A stretch of DNA of 61,952 bases, the filler included, from Choristocarpus tenellus KU-1152 (taxonomy: Eukaryota > Protista > Phaeophyceae), in NCBI GenBank assembly GCA_964200185.2. It is 9 parts of 9 records of this genome, joined end to end, with 100 filler letters (N's around TTAATTAATTAA, not from the genome) between each part and the next. Parts side by side here need not be neighbours in the genome. Positions count along the whole stretch, not along the records: positions 11,819 to 18,960 come from CAXNAD020006624.1; positions 19,061 to 35,978 come from CAXNAD020000744.1; 7 more parts are not named here. One strand, written 5' to 3'. A program made the translations under genes and the position numbers. Numbering within the stretch: the stretch's first letter is position 1; the number at the start of each line of letters is the position of its first letter. Positions 13,870-27,400 of the stretch are shown here, one piece after another. The notes below the pieces were generated by a model that worked only from the letters and a program-made list of their open reading frames with translations, had not been told where the DNA came from and did not search any database.

Positions 13870-16704
13870 CTTTGGCAGGTCTCCAGACTTTGCAGGAAGA
13901 GACAGCCACTGCACACACCCATTGTTGTCCGTCACAATTATATGGTCCTTGGTCAAAACCAGCCCAACCGCTCTCCAGTCCCCTACAACTCCTTTCTTCC
14001 CTTCCTTCGACTCCACTTGAAGCCCCAAGCATAGTTTGGGATCACCGGTGTTGGCATCAAAGCATAGCTGAACAGCACATGCATAAGGAAGGGAAGGAGA
14101 GAGGTAAGGAGGGAGGAGGAGGAGGGAGGGAGGGGGATGGGGGGAGAGTGTGCGGCAGAGGGGCATGCTACATGCCTAGGGACACACCAAGCTAAGGAGT
14201 AGCCTCAGATTGGGCAAGGTTTGATGGGCAAAGAAATTAACTGTTTTCTTATCACTTATTTGGAGCACACAAGTTGAGTTACACTCCACTTCAAGTGCTT
14301 AAAGCTGTCCCAGGTTGTTGTCAGCCTGAAGCAACCAAACAAATTTTTTTCAACTTTATGGAGAGTAGGGTGTGAAATAGAGTAACATTCAGTCTATACT
14401 ATCTATGAAGTATGTAACTGCCTGTCCACTTGAAGTCAGAGAATTGAACAAGGGTAATAGTCTTCACACACCAACAGAACTAGCTCCAGAGGTATCCAGA
14501 GATAACAGATTAAGCTTCATATTTCTGGTCTCCCTGTGCAACTTCAAGGCCATTGTTTCAATTACACTCAACCTCAACATTGTCCTAGTAACAGCACATG
14601 GACAAAAATAGTCCCCCTACCTGTGCTGCATCCAAACAATAAGAAATACTATCAAGTCTTAACTGATTCGAAGTACAACTTGCAGCATCTGAAAACACCG
14701 TCCACAACTCATCTCACCAACTGTCCTAGCTCATTCACCGTCCAAAAGGTATCCTCATGGCCCCAACAGTGGCAAGTGAATGACTCATGTGCCCCATCGC
14801 CCATTGTCACCAAACTTTCCAGCTGAAACATCTCTGCTGCTGCTACTGAACTGGCTTCACATCCGCCAGGATTTCTAATCGTGCTGGACGGTGCACAAAC
14901 TGCAGCAGAGGGGGATGCACTTGTGACTGTATCGGTATTGTGTGAAGCAGCAGCCTTGTCCTTGCAAGGAGAGCTAGTATTGAGTTCTCCGAGATACCCT
15001 TCCCCTTCCACAACCTCTTGCCCTTCCCTGAGATGGTGGCGCTTGCCCCTTCCAGGGGGAGTGGGCGCCTTGGCCTTTATTGAGGAGATCACCTTGGAGC
15101 AAAGGAAGGTGCGGTAAAGAAGAAGACATGGAGGGAGGGATTTCTTTACCCTGTACCATTTTCAAGTGTTACGAGTGGTTTCATGTCAAGTCTGATAAAT
15201 CATGCTGCTTGAATCCTCCTTCTAAACACTGGAATGGAAAAAAAGAATGAAGGAAAATTGGACAAGATCGTGAACTATCAGCATTAATGTTTTTCGAAGA
15301 TAGGGTTAGGGAACTTAAGTGCTCTCTCTATCCTCTACTTCAATGCATACTAAGCAAAAAGTATTTCAACACCAAGGGGAATCAAATTGGGTCTTACTTA
15401 TTAACCCACAGTGCTGTCTTACCCATGTGTCAACAAGGTTATCCACACGCCAAAACAGAAGACCACTGGCTCCTCCAATGCACAGATGGTCTGTATTAGC
15501 AGGGTTGAAGCTGCAGAACGACATGTCTCCAGGTAGAATCGCCTCAACCACCTCCAAGGTCAAGAAAGTCGTTTGGTTGATGCCCTTGGTGGTGGTAGGA
15601 CCCTCCGGGGTCAATGATACTCCTTATTACATGATCAATAAGTTCACCTTATCATCACCTGATCAATTTCAAGTGAAGAACTGCCCAATTCTCTGCAAGC
15701 TGTGAAAACAAATTTGCATGATCTTCATTTATCTTATTCCCTGAGGTCTACGTTCTCAAGACGATAAATATAGGATAATTGAAGTCATGCAGAGATTTCC
15801 ACAAACACCTTCTCTCCTTTGAGTGCTCCACTATCTCCAGGTATCTTCTCAATGTTCCACACTGTTGCCAAGTGGTCAGTGTGGTTGCCAAAGGCAACCA
15901 TTCGTGCACCATCACGACTGAAGGCAACATCAACAAATCGAAGGTCGGTGCCGCCCTCAAGAGTGCCCTGAAGCTTCGTTTCTGGAAAACTAGGGACAAG
16001 GTTCCAAGGAGATTCTTAGTCTCTTGCTCTGGAGAGATGGTTGGCAAAGGTTAAGGACGGTTGGTTATCTCAATATTTTTCGTTGCTTTATGAAGAAAAG
16101 CTAAATAATACTTATCAGAGAGCGCAAAGAAACTTCACTACTGTACATGACTTTCTCAGAGTTGGAGTGTGTAGGTGAGGGTGTTGTGTACATTATGATT
16201 TTGTTATCAGCATGGTGCTTTACCTGTAAAGGTGGATGGCCGGGTTTACCCTTCCTGCAGGGCAAACAGCGACACGACCAGTCCTCCAATTTGCTGTCAC
16301 TGCCGAAATACCAGCCCATTCGTTCTCCTCCCATAGACATTCGCCATCGCCATCCCCCTATTGTGATTTAGTTCTCAGTGGAACATTTTCTTGTATTTGG
16401 CTGTCAAACTCTACACACCGAGTGCTTGGATACGAAAATGGGAACCTAGCAGCCCATCTGATTGGATTCTTCCCAGCTACTAACCACTCCTCTCTTGCTA
16501 GAACCAGACACCACGAAAGTGTAAGTTTGGCATATCTATGTTCTCGTGAGGCTCAAGCGTTAGGTTACGCACCTTGTCTGGAAGGAGGTGTGTGATGCGC
16601 ACAGCACTGCCGAAGCCGTAAGCAATACTGCTCTCATCCACAAAGGTCAGACGAGTTCCTGGGTATGCAAATGCTCTTTTTGGTTTGAGGTTAATACCAG
16701 GCAT
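13870..16704 (-). CDS. CFAP43: Cilia- and flagella-associated protein 43 (WD40), 5' part; downstream exons uncertain, gene runs off the contig
   Basis: Phase-consistent exons 16573-16704 (ATG), 16224-16357, 15809-15989, 15423-15551, 14718-15092, 13870-14067. The motifs IHLYSFPETKLQGTLEGGTDLRFVDVAFSRDG...TVWNIE, SFNPANTDHLCIGG...LLFWRVD and CHCWGHEDTFWTVNELGQL match the CFAP43/WDR96 N-terminal WD40 region as recalled. Confidence 0.8.
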
Positions 16705-17583
16705 GGCTCTGTTTGCAATTGGTCACTGGATCTGCCGTACTTTACGCCTTCCCAGCCCCTCTACGTCGATAAACACACGCTGGCCACCAATTTCTTCACC
16801 AATGCGTGACCCAGAAGCGTGCAAGGACCTCCAAGGACAAAAATCAACCAGGATTTCCTCTGCTGCCGCTTCCGGATACTAAATGATTGTGTGGAAGGAG
16901 GTGCGCGCCACATGTTGAACTGCTTGTGACGGTTTCAGCTTTGCGCGCAGGTGCGGGAAATATTCCGTATCGCGAGGGATTGTACGTAGAGCAGTATGCA
17001 AGTACTAGTGTTGTGAATGTATATTGTCGTCCGATCAACATCATCAACGAGTTAGAGCCTCTACGCCTTGTCGTACCTGTTTAGCTCGAGCACCTACCCA
17101 ATTATGTTTTGTAACCTAGAGCCTCTACCAATCAACATGGTCTTGAAACTCGAGCGTACACCCCATTTCCCATTTTCCCCATGATATGTTTTTGATGGAC
17201 ATGAACATGGCAAAGACTATGATAAGTCCTAGACAAACGAGATGGGTCGGGTAGGCACAGCAGTGAAGTGCATCAGCAGGGATGACGCTGGGGAAATCGG
17301 GATATCGGGGAAACGCCGTGCGAGTGTTTAGTTGACAAGATCTCCAACCACAACAGAGTGTGGGGAGTGAATGCTTTGTTCATCAGGTCAGGCAACAGTG
17401 GGAGCACCTTCCAAGTTCCATCCGTACGCCAAGGCCCCATCCATATGCCAAGCCTGGAATTTTTGGGACATGATCGGACACCCTGTGCTAGTTTGTATAT
17501 TGTCCTCAAGAGACCAAGCTGAGGACCTCAGGACACAAGTAACTTTCATATTGGACACACTGAATATGGGCTTCGTGGTGAAA

Positions 17584-17806
17584 GACCCAAAAGTATCTAT
17601 GGGGGGGGGGGGGGGGGGACGCACCGGGGGNNNNNNNNNNGGGTGGGGGGGGGCGTGCCACACCAGGGTGTCCATTTGGACCAAAATCAGGAAAAGTGCA
17701 TTTACATCATCCATCCGACGTATGCAACCAAATCACCCAAAATTCGCGACAAAAAAGAATTGACCCCAAATGGACAGTCACTACCCTCCCCCAGATACTT
17801 CGAGCC
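17584..17806. mobile_element. MITE family B copy
   Basis: gacccaaaagtatct+G-tract ... cccccagatacttcgagcc, flanked by aaa/aaa. It is the reverse-complement homologue of 45927-46104. Confidence 0.8.
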
Positions 17807-18767
17807 AAACCATCTTCGTGACTGATGATTACGGTGGGAACTTGGATGGAGGTTGTGATGAGCATTTTGATAGTGGTGTCGATTGGGTGCCACGGGCATC
17901 TGCCCATAACACCCGGAGGAGAAGCCTTCCTGGGCATGGGCCATGCATATTTGCCAGGCTAAGTAGTCCAAGTGCGGATGACAAGCCGTGCGCAGCGATA
18001 CTGACTATTCTTTCGGCGGAGAGAGCGTTTCAAGGCGACAAAAATGGCCACGTGAAGTCTCTGTACCATCAGAATCCGACGATCATGTCTTCAAAGTAGA
18101 AAGTCTGTGTGCAAGTTAGGGCTGGTGAACAAGAGTCAAGAGCAAAGGGACAGCAGGAGTGGACCGTAGAGATTCAGGTTTTCTGTAGGCACTTTGGCAA
18201 AAAGATAGATATGAAATCTAAGCTGAGCTGCTAGAAAAGGAAAGTTAAAGTAGGTCAAGAGGCAAAGGAGGATGAAATATGCAAGGGAGATGAACTCAGC
18301 GACGCAGCAGGAGCTGGTGGTAGTAGTGGGAAAGTGAGCTATGCCCCTCGGATGCAGTATCAAGCAGTCAATTGGGTCAACCCTAAGACTCCTGGCCACC
18401 ATCAGAACTACTAGTCCGAGAAGGTACACATGATGTGTACCATTGCACCACGAGAGGATGGCTTGAGGAAGCTTCATCGTACCAGCAGTTGTGAGCACAG
18501 GCATCTAAGGTTTCACCTTCTTCTATTCCCATCTAGACGAAACACCAGCAGCAGGAGGAGAGGAAGAGGAGGGAAAAGGGGCTGGAATGGGGATAGTAAT
18601 AGTAAACTCTACATTGCTGGTGGCAAGGATGGATGAAGTAAGACCTGTTCCAGAATATGTGTTGCCCAGGCAGGCCAACAGTACTTTGTGCATCGTTTGC
18701 TTTGATTTCCTTTGGAGGAGCATTACGTGAGCAGAAGCAGCTCTGGCACCCAATTATTTTTGGGTCA

Positions 18768-18900
18768 GGGTCAAAGTATCTGGGGGGGGGGTGTCGGCAT
18801 CCGTTTTTCACCCTTTTTTCGATCTTCACTTTTTTGGTGTGTTTTGGTCGCACGTGTCGGATTTGAAAAGTGTGGTTTTGGGTAATGCAAAGCAGACCCT
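18768..18900. mobile_element. Terminus of related non-autonomous element (family C)
   Basis: gggtcaaagtatct+G-tract...ttttggtcgcacgtgtcggatttg; its reverse complement matches 41145-41245. Confidence 0.7.
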
Positions 18901-18960
18901 TGTGTGTTACGCTATGTAAGAGATGGCGTTGTTTGGGCTGTGATAGCCCCCATGTAGATA

Positions 18961-19060
18961 NNNNNNNNNNNNNNNNNNNNNNNNNNNNNNNNNNNNNNNN
19001 NNNNTTAATTAATTAANNNNNNNNNNNNNNNNNNNNNNNNNNNNNNNNNNNNNNNNNNNN
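18961..19060. other. Artificial contig linker
   Basis: N44-TTAATTAATTAA-N44. Confidence 0.97.
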
Positions 19061-19499
19061 TTAAGACCGTTTTCGCAAAACAACCATCCTCGTAGTCCCG
19101 TTCCATCCCCAATTTTGAAAATCCTCTGTTTTTTGGGGAGTTGATGAAAATAATGCTCCCCCCTCGCGATATCAATGCCAGGGTCGTCTGGTCGGTGGAG
19201 ACATATCATGGGAGTGTTGGGCATGTTGAAGTGCAGATTGGTACTGCCTTGGCCGGTTGGGAAACCGTACACCTAATGCGGCATACAGTTAGTCCCCTCT
19301 TAATTTCGCAGGTTAGCATGTGCAAAGAGGTAGCTGACTATACCGGCTTCTCTTGTCGATACCTTTGACATTTTTCTCCTTGCAGATGGTATTCCAAACA
19401 TTGGGGGAAGGGAAAAGTGTGGAGGGAAATATAAGGGATCAGACGAAGGACTACATGTTCTTTCAATGATGGGTTAGGAGATATCAATGAGGAAGATCA

Positions 19500-21200
19500 T
19501 CAGGATTGGGAGGAAATGGTGCAGGCTTGTAAAATAGCGGACTCATTCGAGGAAACAGAGGAAGAAGGACAGATTAGGTCGAAATTGGCCTTGATTATGA
19601 CTGTTAGGATACTTCTGCAGCCGTTGATCATGCCTCTACAATTCTGTGGGTTCAAATCGAGCTTCAACGTGAGGCCTTGTACAGGAAAAAAGCGATTGCT
19701 TTGAGGAGTTCAGAGCCCTTCTTGACAGCGGTGAGGGGTTAGGAGATCTTGTAGACGCTTGGTCCTAGACTAGTCTACTTTCTGTTCGTGTATTTGACTC
19801 ACATGCAACACCTGTATTGATTTACACTACTGAAGGGGTGAGGGGAAGCCTAGAGGAGTGTCTTATCGTATCAGTTTTTGTTTGCAAATACATTCAGGTG
19901 CTGTAGATATGCAAAGCCTGTGTTGACTTATTGTTAGGAGGGGTGGTGGATCTTATTTTCCTGGAGGATCCATCACCTGTGCCTGCTGACCTGCTATCAA
20001 TAAAGAGAATGATGCAGGATGCTCAATGTGAGCAATGGAAGCAATATTGCTTTCTTCCTTTCACATGGAGAACACTTCGTCCACTCTTGGCATGCCAGGC
20101 ACATACTTCGTCTGTTCTAAAAATACTCGTTGATGCAAGGTAACCTCGGTAGTCTCAACTCAACGTATTTAAGAGAGTAGGGGTTTTATTTGTCCGTTCG
20201 GGGCTTGGCTTCCCATGCGTTTTGTATGCCCTTTTTCGGTTTTCTGTGTGAACATTTCGGATTTCGGACTTCGGAGTAGGTAAAATGTATAGGACTATCA
20301 AAGGTGTGTCAGGAGGAAGGATATTGACACTTCCTAACAAACACGATAGCCAAAACTAATCCAAATCGCAACTTTGGATTTATGACCCCGAACGGACGCG
20401 GCCCTGCCCTCTTAAACGCTTTGACTTTCTCTGCAGGCCTCCAAAAAGTTCATGGGCAATTTCGGTGCAGCTCCCTTAGATCACGCCGCAAATGGTTCCA
20501 TAATGTAATTCATGGAAAAAATGTGCCATGGGCTTCTGACAACCCAGTCGGGTAAGGACCCGTGAACATCCACATACTTGGCCACCAAAACCAGTCACTC
20601 CACACTCCAAGTGGAAGCCTGTTGCTATGCTGAATTGTGAGGGAATGCAAATTTCATAGGGAATTCAAGGTTTACTTCATGTGCACAAATGAATGCAAAC
20701 ATCAGAATGGCAACACATGGTATAATACTGTACTGTCATTGAGCAGAGCATAATTGTAAGCATTTCAGATAAGATCACCTTGGATTCATGTCAATTGTAA
20801 TAGCATGGCATGACGGACTCTCCGAGCTCACATGGCACAGAATCCAACCATCGGTCACAAACATCCCTTGCGGTTGTCCCTTCAACTGGAACATATTTAA
20901 GCAGCACAGGCAGGCTATCAGGACTTGTCGCATTGTGACCATTACACTCCCGCTAGACATGCTTGGCAGGCTCTGGACGTAGGGATATACATTGCACCCC
21001 ACACGATCATCTTCCCAAGCATTTCACTTTATACTCCTGGTCTTTGTAACCGTGACACGGAGAAATTCCTTTCGGATACACAGCAGATCATTTATTGTGG
21101 CGAGTACACGATACTTACAGGTAACCGAGGTGGCATGGTGGAGGAACTCCGCTTCGGGCGAAGAAGGTTGCTTGCGAAGTATAGGGTATACGTACTGTAA
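19500..21200 (-). pseudogene. Possible highly decayed LINE-type reverse transcriptase
   Basis: A minus-strand frame near 20890-20940 reads NATSPDSLPVLLKY, resembling the LINE RT 'KAxGPDGxPxELLK' motif. The rest is full of stops, and the boundaries are approximate. Confidence 0.25.
20157..20427. mobile_element. MITE family A copy, reverse orientation, diverged
   Basis: Contains ggggcttggcttcccatg...gatattgacacttcctaacaaacacgatagccaaaa, the reverse complement of the family A interior. Confidence 0.75.
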
Positions 21201-22447
21201 ACTCAAACAATGATTGTTCATAATAGGGTTAGGGTTAGGATTAGGGCATAATAATAAAACTGATAATGATGCTGGAGTATCCTGGATGAGCTAGGTACGC
21301 ACGCGGTAGGGGGGAGAGGAACTGGAGGCTACAGTAGGAAAGGGACAGTCAAATCCCGCCTACGACAAATAATCTCTGTAACAACGTAGGTGGCCCTGTC
21401 TAGATGTGTAGACGTGTCATGCGCTCTAAGCTGCAGACACCAGGGATATGGGCAAGAAGGGGCTTCCTAGATTCTTGGGATGCTTCCCTACCTAGCTCCT
21501 CACCGTGGGATAGAGGAATAGCTAGATTGGTGACACAGGAAGGCAGTGGTACAGCATAGATAGTGGTGAAGAAACAGTTACTTTTTGGGGGGGTTTTCTG
21601 AAATGTGAATAGTTTTCATTGGTTTTTCCCCCGACACATCTATAAAATGTTGGAGGGAATTAATAATATAATAGTATCGTGGAGTATAGATAAATGGAAA
21701 GGGAGTTGCATACAAATATCAATCCATTTGAGTATCCATGTTGGAAAGGTAGTACAAATATATAAAATCGTATCTTATCCTGTCACATTTCAGATTTTAT
21801 ATTATGTTCAAAAGTTGACTATTCCAAAATGAAGTTCCACTTCTCCTTTTTAGAATATATATATTACATATCTTTTGGGAAATGAAAGTATAGACGTTAT
21901 GGTATTTTGAAATGTATCACATACAGAAAATGAGAAAAACTACATTGACTATGTGGTGGAACTTTTGGTACAAAACAAACAGTAGTAGCCAAGAGTCGAA
22001 GACCTCTGGATTTGATGAGGTGTGTGCTGTGTATTCGACAGAAAAATTGGCATTAAACACATCATTGGTGTAGTTAGTATTAGTAATTGTAGAGAATATA
22101 TATTTGAAGGAAAGGTGGACCTTGTGTCATTATATTACTACTACTATTGTACACAAAAAAGTTTCCTCTAGAAGGTCCCTTCATCTATTGGGTCACAGAA
22201 GATATCACAGAATGACACAAGTATCATATACACCTCGTAATACCATTGGTGAAGGCCAGTCGTCAACCTGTTCACGTAACAGTTTGAGAGCTGGCTCACT
22301 CAAAGGTCAAGCTAAGGGAACAGTGAGGAAGTCCACTCTCGGTATTTTTCGGGTTTTACCATTGCAAGAACTCTCAAAAGTCATTCCTACGACAACCTCA
22401 CCATCTGTCCCATCCAGTGGGAAGGTGGTAGAGAGAGAGAGTGAGCG

Positions 22448-24452
22448 ATGGACAAAGATTGTGCAACGGTCAAACGCAAAACTCATTCAGTCAAAGACTC
22501 TGCAGAGGAAGAACAAGTGACTAGTGGGGGATTCTGGTGAGGACTCAAGGGACAAAAGTAGTGTAGTGGTTACTAAAGGTTGAGATGAAACGAAGTCGAG
22601 CTAGTAGAGACTTGATACCCCCTCCTCATTTTCCCCTTTTCGGCGTTGAATATCCTTGTTTGGACATTTCGTGGGTGAAGGAAACCAAATACCGTTGTGA
22701 GGAAGCATCGTCTCAGGGCCAATTTACTTTGGGCGCTCGCCCTTGTCCTGTTCGTGGTCTACATCGCCATCATCATAGTAGATGCCATAGACAAGCGGAA
22801 AAGTCCGACGGCCAGCATCAAGATTAAGGTAAAGGTAGAGTGGGCATCCCTCGCTTTCAGCGATCATTGTTTGCCACCAAGTGCCGAGGCGATTGTCGCA
22901 CTCCGCGTAGCCTATTGTTGTCAAACACGAACAGAACAAACACGAAGTCACAGGGTGCCATCATGATTACGTCCAGTCGGTTCGTTGCGCATTTAGACCT
23001 CTACACAGAAATCACACCCCCTTCTCTCCCACCTTTCCCCACGCCATTTGATTTCTCTAGGACGAACTTTTCGGCTTCCCAGACGTCGCGCTTTGTCTCC
23101 AGGAAAACCAGGGCTGTACTACCGCTGGAGCAGACTGCATTCAGTTAACCTCCTTCTTTTATCTTGCCTACGAAGAGGTGAACTGTCTTTCTGACTTGGC
23201 CAAAACCCAGACCCGTAGTACCCCTGGTTATTGGTCGAAGAGGGTCACCCACCCATTCCGCCAAAAGATTAGTGGATCAACCACTATGCCAAACACAGCA
23301 CACCCATCCGTACTTGAATTTCTGTCGGATGGAAACCACGTTGCGAGGTCATACATAGCTAAGTAGCCCTAGACCTTGCTCCTAGCAGGGGTTCGGAGGG
23401 ATCAGTCATATCAATCAGACGGGTGCATCTTTGCAGTTCGAGTACAACAATCCGAACTGCAAGGCACTTCCTTTGAAGGACTTGGAGATTGTCGGCAGCC
23501 CCAATGAGCTGTTGTTGAACTTGCAGGTGAGCTTAATGGTGTAGTGTAGTGCCTTGCCGCTTGTTTCCTTGTGATGGTCTGGTAGTAGGGTGGTGTGCAA
23601 CCACAATATCTCCACAAGTGGGCAATATGATTTCTGTCCCTGCCCCCGTTGGCACATTTGTTGGTCTTGTACACAATCTTTTTGGTAACCTGTCCAAGAA
23701 GTTTTCCATTATCCCTTACGAGAATAGTATCGTGTGTCCTCTGTTTAAGGTATTCTGTTCCAATGCATGTGCACAGAATGCAGAAGAGACTGTGAATGAC
23801 CCTTCTGACCAATAATAAAGGCACAAAAACCATTCCTTCGAAACTGCAATACGGAATAGCTCTAGATTTCCAAGAGTTCACTGTAGCTCCTTTCACTTTA
23901 AAGTGTTTTTAGTGATCCAAGTAGTCTAACTTGCTTTATACTATCACTTCAAAGTTGGGTGACCACTCCAGTGCCCCACACAATGGCAGATGCTGTGGTA
24001 CCACAACGCGGAAAATGTAACAGATATTAACTACCACGACTGGTGGGTAGACCTGTATTTTCTGGACCTGGACAAAAGTGGGGGCTCTAAGGGTGTTGTT
24101 GATGCCAGGCTTCCATACAACACACTGAATTTAACCACGAACAGTCACTACTCCTATGAAAGCAGTGACGTGGTGAGCATAGATGATGTTCCGCATGCCC
24201 TAGTGCTGCTATTTTGTTTAATTACTTCAGATAAAAAATTTGGAATGAGTTATCATGATGTTTTGTTGTGACTGGACAAGTTAGTAGTTCAGAGTGTGCA
24301 TTACATGACAACTTGGACATACGTGTCAGTTTCACTTGCATTAAATTAGTGGGGGAGTGTCTCAGTGCTTTTGTGGAAAGAAGGGAAGGAGTGGCAGGAA
24401 AACATGTGCTCAACACAATTGTTCCATTTATTTGTGTGCGCATGCGTGCATG

Positions 24453-24487
<35 letters not shown>

Positions 24488-27400
24488 GATCGTCATACTC
24501 TTACAAGTATTGTAATCTGAACGATTTTGTACTATCTCACATCAGTTCAGGATCATGTCTCACTCCAAATTGTGTATGAACGCCACATGAAAAGTAAGAT
24601 GCTAGAGAGCATCAAGGGTAGTATGTCCAAGTTGTCATGTTATTCACGATTTTTCGACCTGCTCGTGTCTCTGCTCCTCACTCTTAAAGGTAATGTCAGT
24701 GAGAGAGTATATCAACCTGAAACCCGCGGGAGGCAAGGAGGATCCACAGAAGGTCTACTCCCATGTATGTCTCTTACAATGTAGCATAGTCTTACTTTTT
24801 AAAGAGTGAATAAAGTTTGATAAGATTATTCCAGGCAACTAACGACACTGAAGTAGTGGTAACGATACTTCTATTGTGGGAAGGGTGGTTGCAGTTTAGA
24901 AGAGCTGGAATATCACATGATTGTTCCTCAAGATCCTTTGCTACTAAACGGTTAGGGGTGTTGTGTTAGTGCTACTTTCCCCTTTTTTGTTTGTATCTCT
25001 GGTTGCACCGACATTGCCTGACTGATTAGATACACTGCCCTCCAGACCCTGTCAACAACCAGGTCCCTACGTTACTGGGATCGACCAGGTTACAATGGGG
25101 AGCAATTTGAGTTCATAAATCTTAATCTCTACATTCTGGGTTTCCGATTTGAATCGATTGAGGAGATGGATCCTGTAGACATGTGGGCAATCATTGGCGC
25201 CATAGGTGGAGTCTGGGGTGAGTACAAATCTTTCATATGTCAAGGGGGTATGTTAGTCCAAATTGAAGGCATTCCTTGTTCAATTTTTACTCTTTCAACT
25301 TCTTATTACCAGATGGGGAGCTGTGATAGGACGTTTAGGGAGGTTCACATGTGGGCTTATCTATATTGACAATTTATTGAACCCTTCTCTCTCTGATTGT
25401 GTAGCTCTTTGAAAATTACTTCACTAAGAAGTAGTGTACAAACCAGGTGGGGGGACAGTGCCAAAGGGAATAGTATTAGTTGTAGTATACTGTATTGTAT
25501 TTTTCCCCATGTCATTACCCATCGGTGTTGTGCAGGGATCAACAACTGCTTGCACAGTGTCCAGACATATGGTTTATTCAATGCGCACACCTTGTGAGTT
25601 GCTAATAATAAAATTCAAGGGTAACAACTTCCCCTCCCTCCAACCTAGGATCCTCCTTGGTTGAGATTCTCCTCATGGAACTACCCTCATTCTTGTGGGT
25701 CTCTCCGATTTCTTGGAAATCTTGGTTTGACTATGTCAACAGTTCTGTTAAAGGCTAAGCCTGACAGAGGGCTAGAGGGTATTTGTACTTGGAATCCACT
25801 GTTCCAGTACGTCTCTTCAAACTCTTGGAATCTTGGTTTGACTATGTCAACAGTTTTGTTGAAGACTAAGACTGAGAGAAGACTGGAGGGCATTTGTACT
25901 TGGACTCCACTATTCCAGTACGACAAGGATGCAGTCCCCATCCTTGCCCTTCCTGTGGCACCAAAGAGATGCAGCGATTCAATATTTAACCAGTGTCATC
26001 TTTCCATGGAGTTTTCTGTTCCCTGTACCCAACTTTCTCCTTACTCTCATACCTCCACCCGATGCAGATATTATTTGTGTAGGATTCGGAATCTTCTTTG
26101 TGTACTCGGAAAAGCAGAAGCCTGACAAGAAGCTGCGTAATTGGACCAAAAGCGTCAGCAAGGCTACAGAGGTCATCAGGGGCCGACATCCTACCTCTGT
26201 CACCTTTAGCGTGAGAACTATAGACCCCCTCCCCCCCCCTCACCCCACCCCTTGATCCAAGGTCCTTTGATGTCATTGTATCTTGAAACGAATAGGTACT
26301 AGCTGATGCCACCCTGTAGTTATAACTTTTCTATATAAAGCACCTCTATTTTCTGTGATGTAGACCTGTGTGTCCAGACTCATATCTTTGTGCGTGGGCA
26401 AAATATGGTTCCCCTTGCAAACACACGTTGTGCTTCTCAGTGTATCAAAGTTGAAAGTGTTGTTGTGTGAATCCTGCCTTCTGCTTGTGCTCTTTTGCAC
26501 CTCCTGTGTTCAAAGAGCACCTGTACGCATGACCTCACTCTTGGACTTATGGCTAGTGAGTGTTTGCAGAGACCTACAGGCATTGCTGATTGATAACCCG
26601 CCCGTCCCCACCAGTTCCTTAAAACGCTTGTGTGTAAAACAAGCATACTTTTCAACAGCAAGCAAAGGTAGAAATATTACAATTAAGTATCTGAGAAGAT
26701 TTCGAGTCTTCTACAGCTGCCTGTCCCAACCTACCCTCCTCCTTCCGCTCTTTATGATTTTGCACTGGTATTCCTGGCGTTTATATGCTCCCTCTATGAC
26801 ACGTTATGGTAGTTCGTCCACTGAGTGACTTGAGCAGCTCCTGAACAGTTTTCTGTTAAATCTCTCTTTAGGACGCCGTTTACAAAAGGTTCCACATTCA
26901 TCAATATGTTGATCCCCTGAAGCGGTGAAGAAAAAAGGGTCCTAACAATCCACCCTTACTGACTTGCCATTCCCTTACATATATATACTTGGATACCAAG
27001 GACTTGTTCCCAATTCTCCCAACCCCCTCTTTCACCGGTGCTAGGGTGTCGAATTGGATGTAACTGGAGAGGATCTTCCCCCAGATTGGCTGAAGAAGAA
27101 GCGACCTAATGGTTCTGTGTACTACATCAACATGAGGACAGGGGAGTTCCTTGATAAGTCTCCCTTGAGCACACACCCACTTGGGAGTGGGGTGAGTCTC
27201 TGTGACACCAGTGGTTCCTGGAACAGGTCGCAGGTGAGCTGAACATGATATAGGAAAAAGCTCTAGAGCTCTAAGCAAGATTTTTTGGTTTCTCATTTGC
27301 CCCAGGATACTATAGCCCTCCTCAATAATGGAATCCCCCCCCCCCTCTCTCTCCCCAACCCACAGCTGTTGCACTATCTGTGGGGGAGGAGCATGTGCCT

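Noticed and set aside
26871-26930. Extra channel-gene exon after a tttag acceptor
   Set aside because: It is not needed for phase continuity and all frames reach stops quickly.
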